64,000 nt of DNA from Chlamydiales bacterium. GTDB taxonomy: Bacteria; Chlamydiota; Chlamydiia; Chlamydiales; JAAKFR01. The notes beneath the pieces were generated by a model that was not told the origin of the DNA, did not search any database, and was given only the letters and a program-made list of their open reading frames with translations. The position numbers and the translations under genes are program-made. Below, piece after piece: positions 34,583-42,925 of the stretch (within the stretch, counting starts at the first letter, position 1; each line of letters begins with the position of its first letter). The stretch spans positions 21,806 through 85,805 of the forward strand of contig JAJACP010000005.1 in the NCBI GenBank assembly GCA_022601445.1, in the 5' to 3' direction.

Positions 34583-35287
34583 ATGCAACATTTTTTCCAA
34601 CTCGATGCCGTTCAAAATAAAATTGAGGTGCTTTTTCGTCAGCCCGACCTCCTGCTGCAAGCCTTTGTTCATCGCTCATTTTGGAATGAGAATCAAGAGC
34701 TGGTGCCCCACCATAATGAGCGGCTGGAATTTCTAGGAGATTCCATACTAGGTCTTTTAGTTGCAGAGTATCTCTTTGTGCACCATCCGGAGCTCGACGA
34801 GGGCTCCCTTTCCAAGCTCCGCTCTCAACTAGTGGACGCCCCAGCATGCGCCCATTATGTTCAGCAGCTGGGAATCAGTGAGTTTTTGTTGCTAGGAAAA
34901 GGAGAGCAACTGAATGAAGGCAAAGGGCGCGATACCATTTTATCTGATCTGTTCGAAGCGTTGATGGGCGCTTTGTATCTCGACCAAGGTGTGGAGGCGG
35001 TGCGCACCTTTTTTCTCTCTCACTTCAAAGAGGCGATTGATCATCTGGTTCATGAACCCTATCGGAATTGGAAAGCAGAGTTGCAAGATTGGGCGCAAAA
35101 AAACTTTCAACAAACGCCCGTCTACACCATTTTAGAAGAGTCAGGGCCAGCGCACCAAAAACGGTTCCGAGTCGGTGTGTGGGTACAGGATGTCCAGCAG
35201 GGCGAGGGAGAAGGCTCTTCCAAAAAAGAGGCGCAAACAGCAGCGGCTCAAGCAGCTCTGTTAAAAATAGAGGGTGAAACGTTATGA
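34583..35287 (+). CDS. rnc: ribonuclease III
   Basis: RNase III signature ERLEFLGDSILG and a C-terminal dsRBD (GPAHQKRFRVGV ... GSSKKEAQTAAA). Confidence 0.9.
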   Translation: MQHFFQLDAVQNKIEVLFRQPDLLLQAFVHRSFWNENQELVPHHNERLEFLGDSILGLLVAEYLFVHHPELDEGSLSKLRSQLVDAPACAHYVQQLGISEFLLLGKGEQLNEGKGRDTILSDLFEALMGALYLDQGVEAVRTFFLSHFKEAIDHLVHEPYRNWKAELQDWAQKNFQQTPVYTILEESGPAHQKRFRVGVWVQDVQQGEGEGSSKKEAQTAAAQAALLKIEGETL

Positions 35288-36630
35288 GCAAAGTCAAATC
35301 TGCTTGGTATTGCAAAGAGTGTGGGCATAAAGAGCCTAAGTGGTCAGGTCAGTGTGTCAGCTGTAAAGAGTGGAACACGTTCCATGAAGAGGAGGAGGTC
35401 GTTCAGCGCTTCGAATCGCAGCTCTCCATGCCCACAAAACCGGTGCGAGTGAGTGAAGTGCCTCCTGATCAGACAACGCGGATGCAAACCCACATGAAGG
35501 AGCTCGATCGTTTATTGGGTGGGGGGCTGACAGTGGGTTCGCTCTCGCTAGTGGGTGGAGAGCCGGGAATTGGAAAATCGACTCTGCTCATGCAGGCTTC
35601 AAATGCCATTGCCCGTCAAGGGCTTGTGGTCCTCTATGTCTGTGGAGAGGAGTCAGTGGCCCAAACATCTCAGCGTGCAAGACGATTGGGGATTGCGAGT
35701 GAAAACCTACTTTTGCTTGCTGAGACCAACTTCTCTCTGATCAAAAAGCAGGTCGAAACGGTCAATCCTGACCTTGTGATTATCGACTCGATTCAGATTA
35801 TTTATAAAAGCGAGCTCTCTTCTTCTCCCGGCTCGGTGACACAGGTACGGGAAACGGCGACAGAGCTGATGCATTTGGCCAAAAGCCGCAACCTCTCCAT
35901 TTTGTTGATTGGACATGTGACCAAGTCAGGGGAGATTGCGGGTCCGCGCGTGCTGGAGCATCTAGTGGACACGGTTCTTTACTTTGAAGGGGATCGGCAG
36001 CACAACTACCGGTTGATGCGCGTGGTTAAAAACCGATTTGGCTCGACCGACGAGATCGCTGTCTTTCAGATGAGTGAAAAAGGGCTCACTGAGATTGAAA
36101 ACCCTTCCGAGCTCTTCTTAAAGGAGCGGATGCGTGGTAATCCTGGTTCGGTGATCATTCCTACAGTGGACGGCTCCCGTCCCATTTTGGTCGAAGTGCA
36201 AGCGCTCGTCACGGATACAGCTTTCAGTACTCCTTCGCGCAGATCGGCCGGTTTGGACTCGAATCGTCTAGCCCTGCTACTTGCTGTGATGGAAAAGCGG
36301 ATTGGCTATCAGCTCCATAACCGTGATGTGTTTGTCTCGATTGCGGGAGGGCTCAAAATCACAGAACCTGCCATTGATTTAGGAATTATCTTAGCTGTCG
36401 CCTCCTCTCTCACCAACCGGATTGTAGATCCCGAAACGGTGGTGATCGGCGAGGTGGGTTTAGGCGGGGAGATTCGGAGTGTGCCGCGTTTGGAAGAGCG
36501 CTTGAAGGAGGCTGTCCATATGGGCTTTAAAAAAGCGATGATCCCGAAAAAGGGGCACAAGCCCTTTAAAAACATGGAAACCATTGGAATTGAACGTGTT
36601 GAGGAGGCGATCCGTGCAGCTCTCAATTAG
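35284..36630 (+). CDS. radA: DNA repair protein RadA/Sms
   Basis: Zinc finger CKECGHKEPKWSGQCVSCKEWNTF, Walker A GGEPGIGKST, KNRFG motif, and a Lon-like C-terminal domain. Confidence 0.9.
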   Translation: MSKVKSAWYCKECGHKEPKWSGQCVSCKEWNTFHEEEEVVQRFESQLSMPTKPVRVSEVPPDQTTRMQTHMKELDRLLGGGLTVGSLSLVGGEPGIGKSTLLMQASNAIARQGLVVLYVCGEESVAQTSQRARRLGIASENLLLLAETNFSLIKKQVETVNPDLVIIDSIQIIYKSELSSSPGSVTQVRETATELMHLAKSRNLSILLIGHVTKSGEIAGPRVLEHLVDTVLYFEGDRQHNYRLMRVVKNRFGSTDEIAVFQMSEKGLTEIENPSELFLKERMRGNPGSVIIPTVDGSRPILVEVQALVTDTAFSTPSRRSAGLDSNRLALLLAVMEKRIGYQLHNRDVFVSIAGGLKITEPAIDLGIILAVASSLTNRIVDPETVVIGEVGLGGEIRSVPRLEERLKEAVHMGFKKAMIPKKGHKPFKNMETIGIERVEEAIRAALN

Positions 36631-37276
36631 TGCAAGAAGTTCACCTCTTTCTAAGGCGCAAGTGCAGGAGGTTTTAGTGGAACTACAACACATGCATCCA
36701 GAGGTGAGCTTCCAACCTGTTTATGTAAAGACTGTTGGAGATCTTGACAGGGTGACTTCATTGCGTACGTTAGGTAAAACCGATTTTTTTACTCGAGAGG
36801 TCGATGGGAAAGTATTGAGTGGAGAGTGCCGTGTGGCGGTTCATTCAGCCAAGGATTTGCCGGAGCCGTTGCCTGCAGGGCTTGAGATTGTGGCGTTGAC
36901 GCGTGGACTTGATCCTTCAGACGCGCTGGTTTTGCGCGCAGGCGAGTCACTCCAAAAGGGTGCAGTGATCGCGACGTCATCACTTAGACGCGAGGAAATG
37001 GTACGTGAATTAGAAAGGGACGTCCGTTTTGTGGATATCCGTGGGACCATTGAAGAGCGTTTAGCGCGGATGGACGCGGGAGCAGTGGATGGTGTGGTGA
37101 TCGCCGAGGCAGCGTTGATTCGACTGGGGTTAACGCACCTGAATCGAATCCGCTTGCCGGGGGAGACCACTCCGCTGCAAGGACGGCTGGCCATCCTGGC
37201 ACGCGTAGGAGATCTAGAGATGAGGGAGCTCTTTAAGAGTCTCCATCACCAGCAGCACGAGCTGTTCTCTGTCTGA
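36614..37276 (+). CDS. hemC: hydroxymethylbilane synthase (porphobilinogen deaminase), short form lacking domain 3
   Basis: SARSSPLSKAQ, AVHSAKDLP, TSSLRR and IRGTIEERL align with HemC domains 1-2. The ORF stops where E. coli HemC continues into the Cys-cofactor domain. Start is GTG 36614 or the upstream track start 36584. Confidence 0.75.
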   Translation: MQLSISARSSPLSKAQVQEVLVELQHMHPEVSFQPVYVKTVGDLDRVTSLRTLGKTDFFTREVDGKVLSGECRVAVHSAKDLPEPLPAGLEIVALTRGLDPSDALVLRAGESLQKGAVIATSSLRREEMVRELERDVRFVDIRGTIEERLARMDAGAVDGVVIAEAALIRLGLTHLNRIRLPGETTPLQGRLAILARVGDLEMRELFKSLHHQQHELFSV

Positions 37277-37709
37277 GCGTAGCCGATCTTTTTGCAAACT
37301 GTTGAGCGCCATCAGCAAGTTGCGCAGAGCCTGTAGCAACATTACCTAGGGTTGCTCCTCTTGCTGGTGGTGGGGCCGACCTCTGCCTCTGCCTCTGCTG
37401 TTGCTGGGGTGGTGCAGTATCCGTATCCGCTCGGAAAGAGGTAGTGGCGGTGGAGGAGCGCTGACATCTTTTCACGAGCGCAACACAAAGAGCAGCTAAA
37501 CTTGCAACCGACGCAATACTGAATGTGGTAATAAAAGCGCTAGAAGCTGCAGGATAAGATGTGATCAAAGCGCACGCTGTCAGAGCCACGGCGCTGAATA
37601 GAAGGGCAATAAGAGCGATTTTGGTGATCTTGCTTTCTGAAAAGGTCCAGTTTGAGGGTGTAAGGTAGCTTTCAATAGTGCCTATACATGTTCCGCATGC
37701 TGTTGCCAT
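37233..37709 (-). CDS. hypothetical membrane protein with an Inc-like bilobed hydrophobic domain and a Gln/Arg/Pro-rich tail
   Basis: IALIALLFSAVALTACALITSYP ... FITTFSIASVASLAALCVALV, then PPQQQQRQRQRSAPPPARG. Lies antisense between hemC and hemD and overlaps the hemC 3' end by 44 nt. Confidence 0.5.
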   Translation of the reverse strand: MATACGTCIGTIESYLTPSNWTFSESKITKIALIALLFSAVALTACALITSYPAASSAFITTFSIASVASLAALCVALVKRCQRSSTATTSFRADTDTAPPQQQQRQRQRSAPPPARGATLGNVATGSAQLADGAQQFAKRSATLRQRTARAAGDGDS

Positions 37710-37755
37710 AGAGGCCTCCTTGTTAAATAAATTAAAGGGATAATAAAGGATCTAG

Positions 37756-38400
37756 ATGACCAGATGCAAGCCTATTCTTTATTTCGGACTTGATCCGAGC
37801 CGCTACGACTCCACTCAACTGATTACCCATCTTCCGTTGATTCGTACCCAACCGTTTCCGTATGAACAGATCGCAAGCGCGCTCGCCTTTCCTCACACAC
37901 ATGTGCTCTTTACCAGTCGACAGGCGGTCGAGTATTTTTTTGGCTACACGGAGAAAAGAGATAAAATCTATATTTCCGTAGGCAAGGCCACAGCCGCGCG
38001 ACTGTTAGACTATGGTGTGCAGGCAACATGGGTAGCTAAAGAAGAGTGTGGCGAGGGGGTCATGACTCTTTTAGAGGAGATAGACTGTGGGCCAATCCTG
38101 TATCCCCGCTCAGCCGGGGCACGTCCGCTATTACCCGCTTACGTGGCAAAAAAAGGGCACGCTTTTCCTCTCTATGAGACTGTATGTAATGAAGTGGAGC
38201 TGCCCAATCTCGAGTCATTTGATCGGCTGGTCTTCACGAGTCCTTCTACAGTAGCCGCTTTTCAAAAATTGTGTAAGAGTCTACCTCCGCGCGATCAGTG
38301 TGAAGCGATCGGACCGATTACCCAAAACGCATTGAACAAATTATTCACGTCCACTATGCTGGCAAAAACATCTTTAAACTGTGAGGAGACTGATGGCTAA
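37756..38400 (+). CDS. hemD: uroporphyrinogen-III synthase-like protein
   Basis: Two-lobed HemD-like pattern with [12 protein letters not shown] and [12 protein letters not shown]. Its position next to hemC supports the call. Confidence 0.55.
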   Translation: MTRCKPILYFGLDPSRYDSTQLITHLPLIRTQPFPYEQIASALAFPHTHVLFTSRQAVEYFFGYTEKRDKIYISVGKATAARLLDYGVQATWVAKEECGEGVMTLLEEIDCGPILYPRSAGARPLLPAYVAKKGHAFPLYETVCNEVELPNLESFDRLVFTSPSTVAAFQKLCKSLPPRDQCEAIGPITQNALNKLFTSTMLAKTSLNCEETDG

Positions 38401-39028
38401 AAAATTTACTCTACCTGAACTTCCCTACGCTTATAACGCTTTAGAACCGGTGATCAGCGCTGAGATTATGGAACTTCACCATAAAAAGCACCATAACGCT
38501 TATGTAACTAAACTCAATGAAGCGTTGGAAAAATATGCAGAAGCAGAAGCCAAAGAGGATCTCTCTACTATGATCTCTTTGCAATCTGCCATTCGCTTTA
38601 ACGGCGGTGGACACATCAATCATAGTATTTTTTGGACTAATTTGGCTCCTCAGAGCAAAGGGGGAGGCGCTCCACCATCAGGAGAGCTGGCCGATGCGAT
38701 CAAAGAGAGGTGGGGCTCATTCGATACTTTTGTTGAAACCTTCAATAGCACAGCGGGGCCCGTTCAAGGGTCGGGATGGTGCTGGCTTGGGTTCTGTAAA
38801 ACACAGCATCAGCTGGTGATCGAAACATGTGCGAATCAAGACCCTCTTTTGGGAACCAAAAATGCGATTCCTCTACTAGGAATTGATGTATGGGAGCACG
38901 CCTACTATCTCCAGTATAAAAATGTCCGCCCTGACTACCTCAAGGCAATCTGGGGTGTGGTTAACTGGTCCAACGTGGCTGAGCGTTATCAAGCCGTCAG
39001 AGAGTGCTGTCCCGCGATTGCCAAATAA
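38393..39028 (+). CDS. sodA: Mn/Fe superoxide dismutase
   Basis: [33 protein letters not shown] and DVWEHAYYL. Confidence 0.9.
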   Translation: MAKKFTLPELPYAYNALEPVISAEIMELHHKKHHNAYVTKLNEALEKYAEAEAKEDLSTMISLQSAIRFNGGGHINHSIFWTNLAPQSKGGGAPPSGELADAIKERWGSFDTFVETFNSTAGPVQGSGWCWLGFCKTQHQLVIETCANQDPLLGTKNAIPLLGIDVWEHAYYLQYKNVRPDYLKAIWGVVNWSNVAERYQAVRECCPAIAK

Positions 39029-39098
39029 AAAATTTCCTATTAAACCGTCCGCCGTTTTAGGTGGACGGTTTAGGGCTTAATCGAATATAATAAGTGGC

Positions 39099-39998
39099 AT
39101 GCGTTTATTTTCACGCGACAAACCAAAAATTAAAGTCGAGTCATCTAAGGCGGATGGATTTAGCGGTTGGCTAAAGTGCACCCACTGCCACGAGATGATT
39201 CACACCAACGAGCTGACCGGGAATCGGAATTGTTGCCCTAAGTGCGACTACCACTACCGCCTCTCCGCTCGAGAGAGAATTGAGCTGTTGGTCGACACGG
39301 GCACTTTTGAGGCTCTTTTCGAGGAGCTCAGGCCGGTGGACGCTCTGAATTTCCAAGATACGGAGGCCTACCCCCACAGGATTGAGCGGGCAACAGAAAA
39401 ATCAGGTGCCACAGAGGGTGTCTTTGTAGGAACCTGTGAAATTGGAGGGCATCGGGCGGCTTTGGGCGTGCTCAATTTTGGGTATATGGCCGGTTCGATG
39501 GGCTCTGTTGTGGGAGAGCGGCTCACACGCATTATTGAGTTGGCACTTGAACAAAAAATTCCTTTAATTCTGGTTTCCGCATCGGGTGGCGCGCGTATGC
39601 AAGAGTCGGTTTTGTCTCTGATGCAAATGGCCAAAACCTCAGCAGCGTTGGCTAAATTACACGAAGCAGGCATTCCTTATATTTCGGTGTTAACCAATCC
39701 AACCTCTGGAGGAGTAACGGCCTCGTTTGCCTCCCTAGGCGATATCATTATTGCTGAGCCTGAGGCGTTGATTTGTTTTGCAGGTCCACGGGTTGTGGAG
39801 CAGGTGATTCGTCAAAAGCTTCCTCCTGGCGCGCAGAGATCCGAGTTTCTTTTAGAGCATGGTATGGTCGATTGTATCGTCAAGCGGCATGAGATGAAAA
39901 AGAAGCTCGCTCTATTTCTAGAGTTTTTAACAGGTAATACGCGTGAATATGTCACCATGCACACGAATCAATTGTTTTTGTTGACAGATGAGATGTAA
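39099..39998 (+). CDS. accD: acetyl-CoA carboxylase carboxyltransferase beta subunit
   Basis: Zinc ribbon [28 protein letters not shown] and [11 protein letters not shown]. Confidence 0.9.
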   Translation: MRLFSRDKPKIKVESSKADGFSGWLKCTHCHEMIHTNELTGNRNCCPKCDYHYRLSARERIELLVDTGTFEALFEELRPVDALNFQDTEAYPHRIERATEKSGATEGVFVGTCEIGGHRAALGVLNFGYMAGSMGSVVGERLTRIIELALEQKIPLILVSASGGARMQESVLSLMQMAKTSAALAKLHEAGIPYISVLTNPTSGGVTASFASLGDIIIAEPEALICFAGPRVVEQVIRQKLPPGAQRSEFLLEHGMVDCIVKRHEMKKKLALFLEFLTGNTREYVTMHTNQLFLLTDEM

Positions 39999-40018
39999 TT
40001 CGTGATGATCCCTTCACT

Positions 40019-40462
40019 ATGGATCAAGAAATTGAAATTCCCACTCTAGCTAATGTCTCTCAACTCCCTGAGTATGCCTCTGAAGGCGCCTCTGGAGCAG
40101 ATGTCCGCGCTCACCTTGAAACACCTTTGTCGATTGCAGCGGGCAACTCAGCGCTCGTTCCTACAGGCTTGTTCTTTGAGATTCCTGAAGGGTATGAGAT
40201 TCAGGTGCGTCCCAGGAGTGGTTTAGCTTTTAAGCATCAAGTCACCGTCCTCAACACTCCGGGCACAATTGATGCCGATTATCGAGGTGAGCTCAAGGTC
40301 ATCTTGATCAATCACGGGCAGCACAATTTTGTTGTGGAACCAGGTATGCGTATCGCGCAAATTGTGGTAGCTCCGGTCGTTCAGGTCCGTTTCATAAGAG
40401 CAGACGTCCTTGCTGTTAGTGAGCGGGGAAGAGGTGGATTTGGCCATACGGGAGTGCATTAA
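40019..40462 (+). CDS. dut: dUTP diphosphatase
   Basis: [26 protein letters not shown], and a C-terminal [10 protein letters not shown]. Confidence 0.9.
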   Translation: MDQEIEIPTLANVSQLPEYASEGASGADVRAHLETPLSIAAGNSALVPTGLFFEIPEGYEIQVRPRSGLAFKHQVTVLNTPGTIDADYRGELKVILINHGQHNFVVEPGMRIAQIVVAPVVQVRFIRADVLAVSERGRGGFGHTGVH

Positions 40463-40465
40463 GTC

Positions 40466-40954
40466 ATGTTTCCTTCTAAAGAAAAACAAAACCGCAAAAA
40501 GTCCACTCTCCTCATTTCTAAGTACCTCAACCCCGATCTTGTGAAGCTGCTCGATGTGGACGAGCGCGATGCTGCCTTGCAAGAGCTTGTGGATGTGCTT
40601 GCTGCACAAGGAAAACTCAAGGATAAAGAGGCTTTTCACAAAGCAATTTTAGAGAGAGAGCAGATTGTGTCTACGGGGATTGGAATGGCCGTTGCCGTTC
40701 CACATGCTAAGCTTCCCGGCTATGAGACCTTCTTTATTGCCATCGGCATCCATCGCAAGGGTATTGCTTGGGATGCGTTAGATGGGGTGCCCGTGCGGTT
40801 GATTTTCATGATTGGAGGGCCAGACGATAAGCAGACAGAGTATCTTCAGCTCCTCTCCCGTTTGACCCTAGCAATTAAAGACGAAGAGCGGCGTAAAAAA
40901 ATCTTGCAATTGACCAGTCCGAAAGACATTATAGCACTTTTTAGGGGGATTTAG
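40466..40954 (+). CDS. ptsN: PTS EIIA(Ntr)-type regulatory protein
   Basis: EIIA-2 fold with the phosphorylatable-His context GIGMAVAVPHAKL. Confidence 0.8.
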   Translation: MFPSKEKQNRKKSTLLISKYLNPDLVKLLDVDERDAALQELVDVLAAQGKLKDKEAFHKAILEREQIVSTGIGMAVAVPHAKLPGYETFFIAIGIHRKGIAWDALDGVPVRLIFMIGGPDDKQTEYLQLLSRLTLAIKDEERRKKILQLTSPKDIIALFRGI

Positions 40955-40958
40955 GGGC

Positions 40959-41633
40959 GTGGACTTAAAAATACGCGATGTAGCTGAGCTATTAAATATT
41001 TCCGAGACAACAGTTAAAAAATGGCTTGCCGAAGGGAAGATTCCCTCTTACCGGATTGATCGGCAGTATCGGTTTAGCCGCTCAGAAATTGAAGACTGGT
41101 TGATGCAGCAGAAGTTAGATGGTGATTTCGATCAGCAAGAAGAGTTGCACACGAAGGGCAACATGCAGTTTAGCCTCTACCGGGCGCTTTATCGGGGAGT
41201 TGTGATAGACGATGTTCCCGGCGAAACCAAAGAAGAGGTGATTCGGAAGACCATGCAACGCATGGGGCAGCAGTTTGACCTAGATCCCGACGTCCTGACA
41301 GATCTGTTCATGGATCGCGAGAAAATGATGTCCACAGCACTTGGACATGGGATTGCCGTACCCCATACGCGCGACTTTCTTTTAGATACCCACTATGACG
41401 TCATTGTAGTGGTATATCCTAAGCAGCCAATAGATTTTGATTCTTTAGACGGAGAGCCCGTCCATACGCTTTTCTTTCTTTTTGCCTGTGAAGACCGTCA
41501 CCACCTCAATCTTTTAGCCAAAGTAGCCCACATTAATGCCAGCGAAAAGGCGCGAGTCTTCTTCCAAACAAAGCCTTCCAAGGACCAACTACTGGACTTC
41601 GTCAAGCACTGGGAAAACGGGCTCTCTGGTTAG
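40959..41633 (+). CDS. excisionase/MerR-type HTH fused to a PTS EIIA(Ntr) domain
   Basis: N-terminal IRDVAELLNISETTVKKWLAEGKIPSYRIDRQYRFSRSEIEDWL (HTH_17-like). EIIA domain with GHGIAVPHTR. Confidence 0.8.
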   Translation: MDLKIRDVAELLNISETTVKKWLAEGKIPSYRIDRQYRFSRSEIEDWLMQQKLDGDFDQQEELHTKGNMQFSLYRALYRGVVIDDVPGETKEEVIRKTMQRMGQQFDLDPDVLTDLFMDREKMMSTALGHGIAVPHTRDFLLDTHYDVIVVVYPKQPIDFDSLDGEPVHTLFFLFACEDRHHLNLLAKVAHINASEKARVFFQTKPSKDQLLDFVKHWENGLSG

Positions 41634-41647
41634 CTTTAGTCTCTGGT

Positions 41648-41755
41648 GGATTTTTGGATTCTTTTTGCCCCACTTGGTCTCTCGCTCGCTTGCCGTACTA
41701 GACGTACTGTCTGCGCTCGCGATTGACCAATTGTAGCAAAAATCCCCAAAAATTC
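41648..41755. repeat. ~108-bp imperfect palindromic (MITE-like) intergenic element
   Basis: Left arm ggatttttggattctttttgccccacttggtctctcgctcgc. Reverse complement of the right arm gaatttttggggatttttgctacaattggtcaatcgcgagcgc. Begins 15 nt after the stop of the HTH-EIIA gene. Confidence 0.7.
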
Positions 41756-41890
41756 TTTTCAATACTCCGTTTGCTTGTAAAAAACGGCACTTTTGCCGTT
41801 ATTAACAAGCAAAAAACGTCAAAAATGCCGTTTTTTACAAGTTAAATTTGGTGGTAATCAGAAGGGAGGATTTGTTAAACTGCTAACCCT

Positions 41891-42925
41891 ATGAAAACTG
41901 TAGTTGTAGGGATGTCAGGAGGTGTGGACTCTTCGGTGACAGCTCTTCTCTTAAGAGAGCAGGGCTACCGGGTGATCGGCCTTTTTATGAAGAATTGGGA
42001 GGAGGAAGGGAGCTGCCCCGCCGAAACCGACTACGAAGATGTGGCCTGCGTCTGTGGACACCTTGATATTCCCTTCTATACCGTCAACTTTGCCAAAGAT
42101 TATTGGGATTCAGTTTTCTCTCGCTGCCTAAAAGAGTATGCAGAAGGTCATACCCCCAATCCCGATATCCTCTGTAATCGGGAGATCAAATTTCATCTCT
42201 TTCTAGATAAAGCGCTGGAACTAGGAGCCGACTATTTAGCCACGGGGCACTATTGTCGAAAAGTAAAAGGAGATGAGGGATGGCAACTGGCCCGTGGCAA
42301 AGATCTTGAAAAAGATCAAAGCTACTTTCTCTACACCTTGAAGAGTTCCATTTTAGAGAAGGTGCTTTTTCCTATTGGCGAGCTAGAGAAATCCGAGGTG
42401 CGGAAGCGCGCTCAACAAGCTGATTTGATCACGGCGCAAAAAAAAGACAGCACGGGGATCTGCTTTATCGGAAAGCGGAACTTTAAAGAGTTTCTGACAC
42501 GTTTTATTCCCAATCAAAAAGGAGTTTTTGAGCGCTTAGACGGCTCTGTTGTGGGAACGCATGACGGAATGGCTTATTACACCATCGGACAGAGGCGAGG
42601 ACTGGATATTGGAGGGGCTGGGGAGGCGTGGTACGTGGTGGGTAAAGATGCCAAACGGAATGTGGTCGTTGTTGAGCAAGGTGATGAGCATCCTGCCTTA
42701 TACCGCTCAGAGCTTTTCATGCAGGAGGTGAGTTGGGTGGGTGAGGAGCCACGTTTTCCTTTTCGTTGTACAGCCAAAGTACGCTACCGAAGCCCTGATG
42801 TAGCCTGCACAGTGGTTGCCCCTGATCATGTGACGTTTGATGAGCCTCAAAAAGCAATCACCCCTCGGCAGTCGATCGTCTTCTACCAAGGGGAGATTTG
42901 TCTGGGCGGTGGGATCATTAATTAG
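41891..42925 (+). CDS. mnmA: tRNA 2-thiouridine(34) synthase
   Basis: PP-loop [19 protein letters not shown] and TGICFIG. Confidence 0.9.
   Translation: MKTVVVGMSGGVDSSVTALLLREQGYRVIGLFMKNWEEEGSCPAETDYEDVACVCGHLDIPFYTVNFAKDYWDSVFSRCLKEYAEGHTPNPDILCNREIKFHLFLDKALELGADYLATGHYCRKVKGDEGWQLARGKDLEKDQSYFLYTLKSSILEKVLFPIGELEKSEVRKRAQQADLITAQKKDSTGICFIGKRNFKEFLTRFIPNQKGVFERLDGSVVGTHDGMAYYTIGQRRGLDIGGAGEAWYVVGKDAKRNVVVVEQGDEHPALYRSELFMQEVSWVGEEPRFPFRCTAKVRYRSPDVACTVVAPDHVTFDEPQKAITPRQSIVFYQGEICLGGGIIN

Noticed and set aside
36841-37194. 117-aa and 72-aa minus-strand ORFs inside hemC
   Set aside because: They are antisense shadow frames within a motif-supported gene, with Ser/Pro/Arg-rich composition typical of off-frame translation.
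39041-39070. Hairpin aaaccgtcc/ggacggttt after sodA considered as a terminator
   Set aside because: The 9-bp stem is real, but no T-run follows (agggctt). The evidence is too weak to call a rho-independent terminator.
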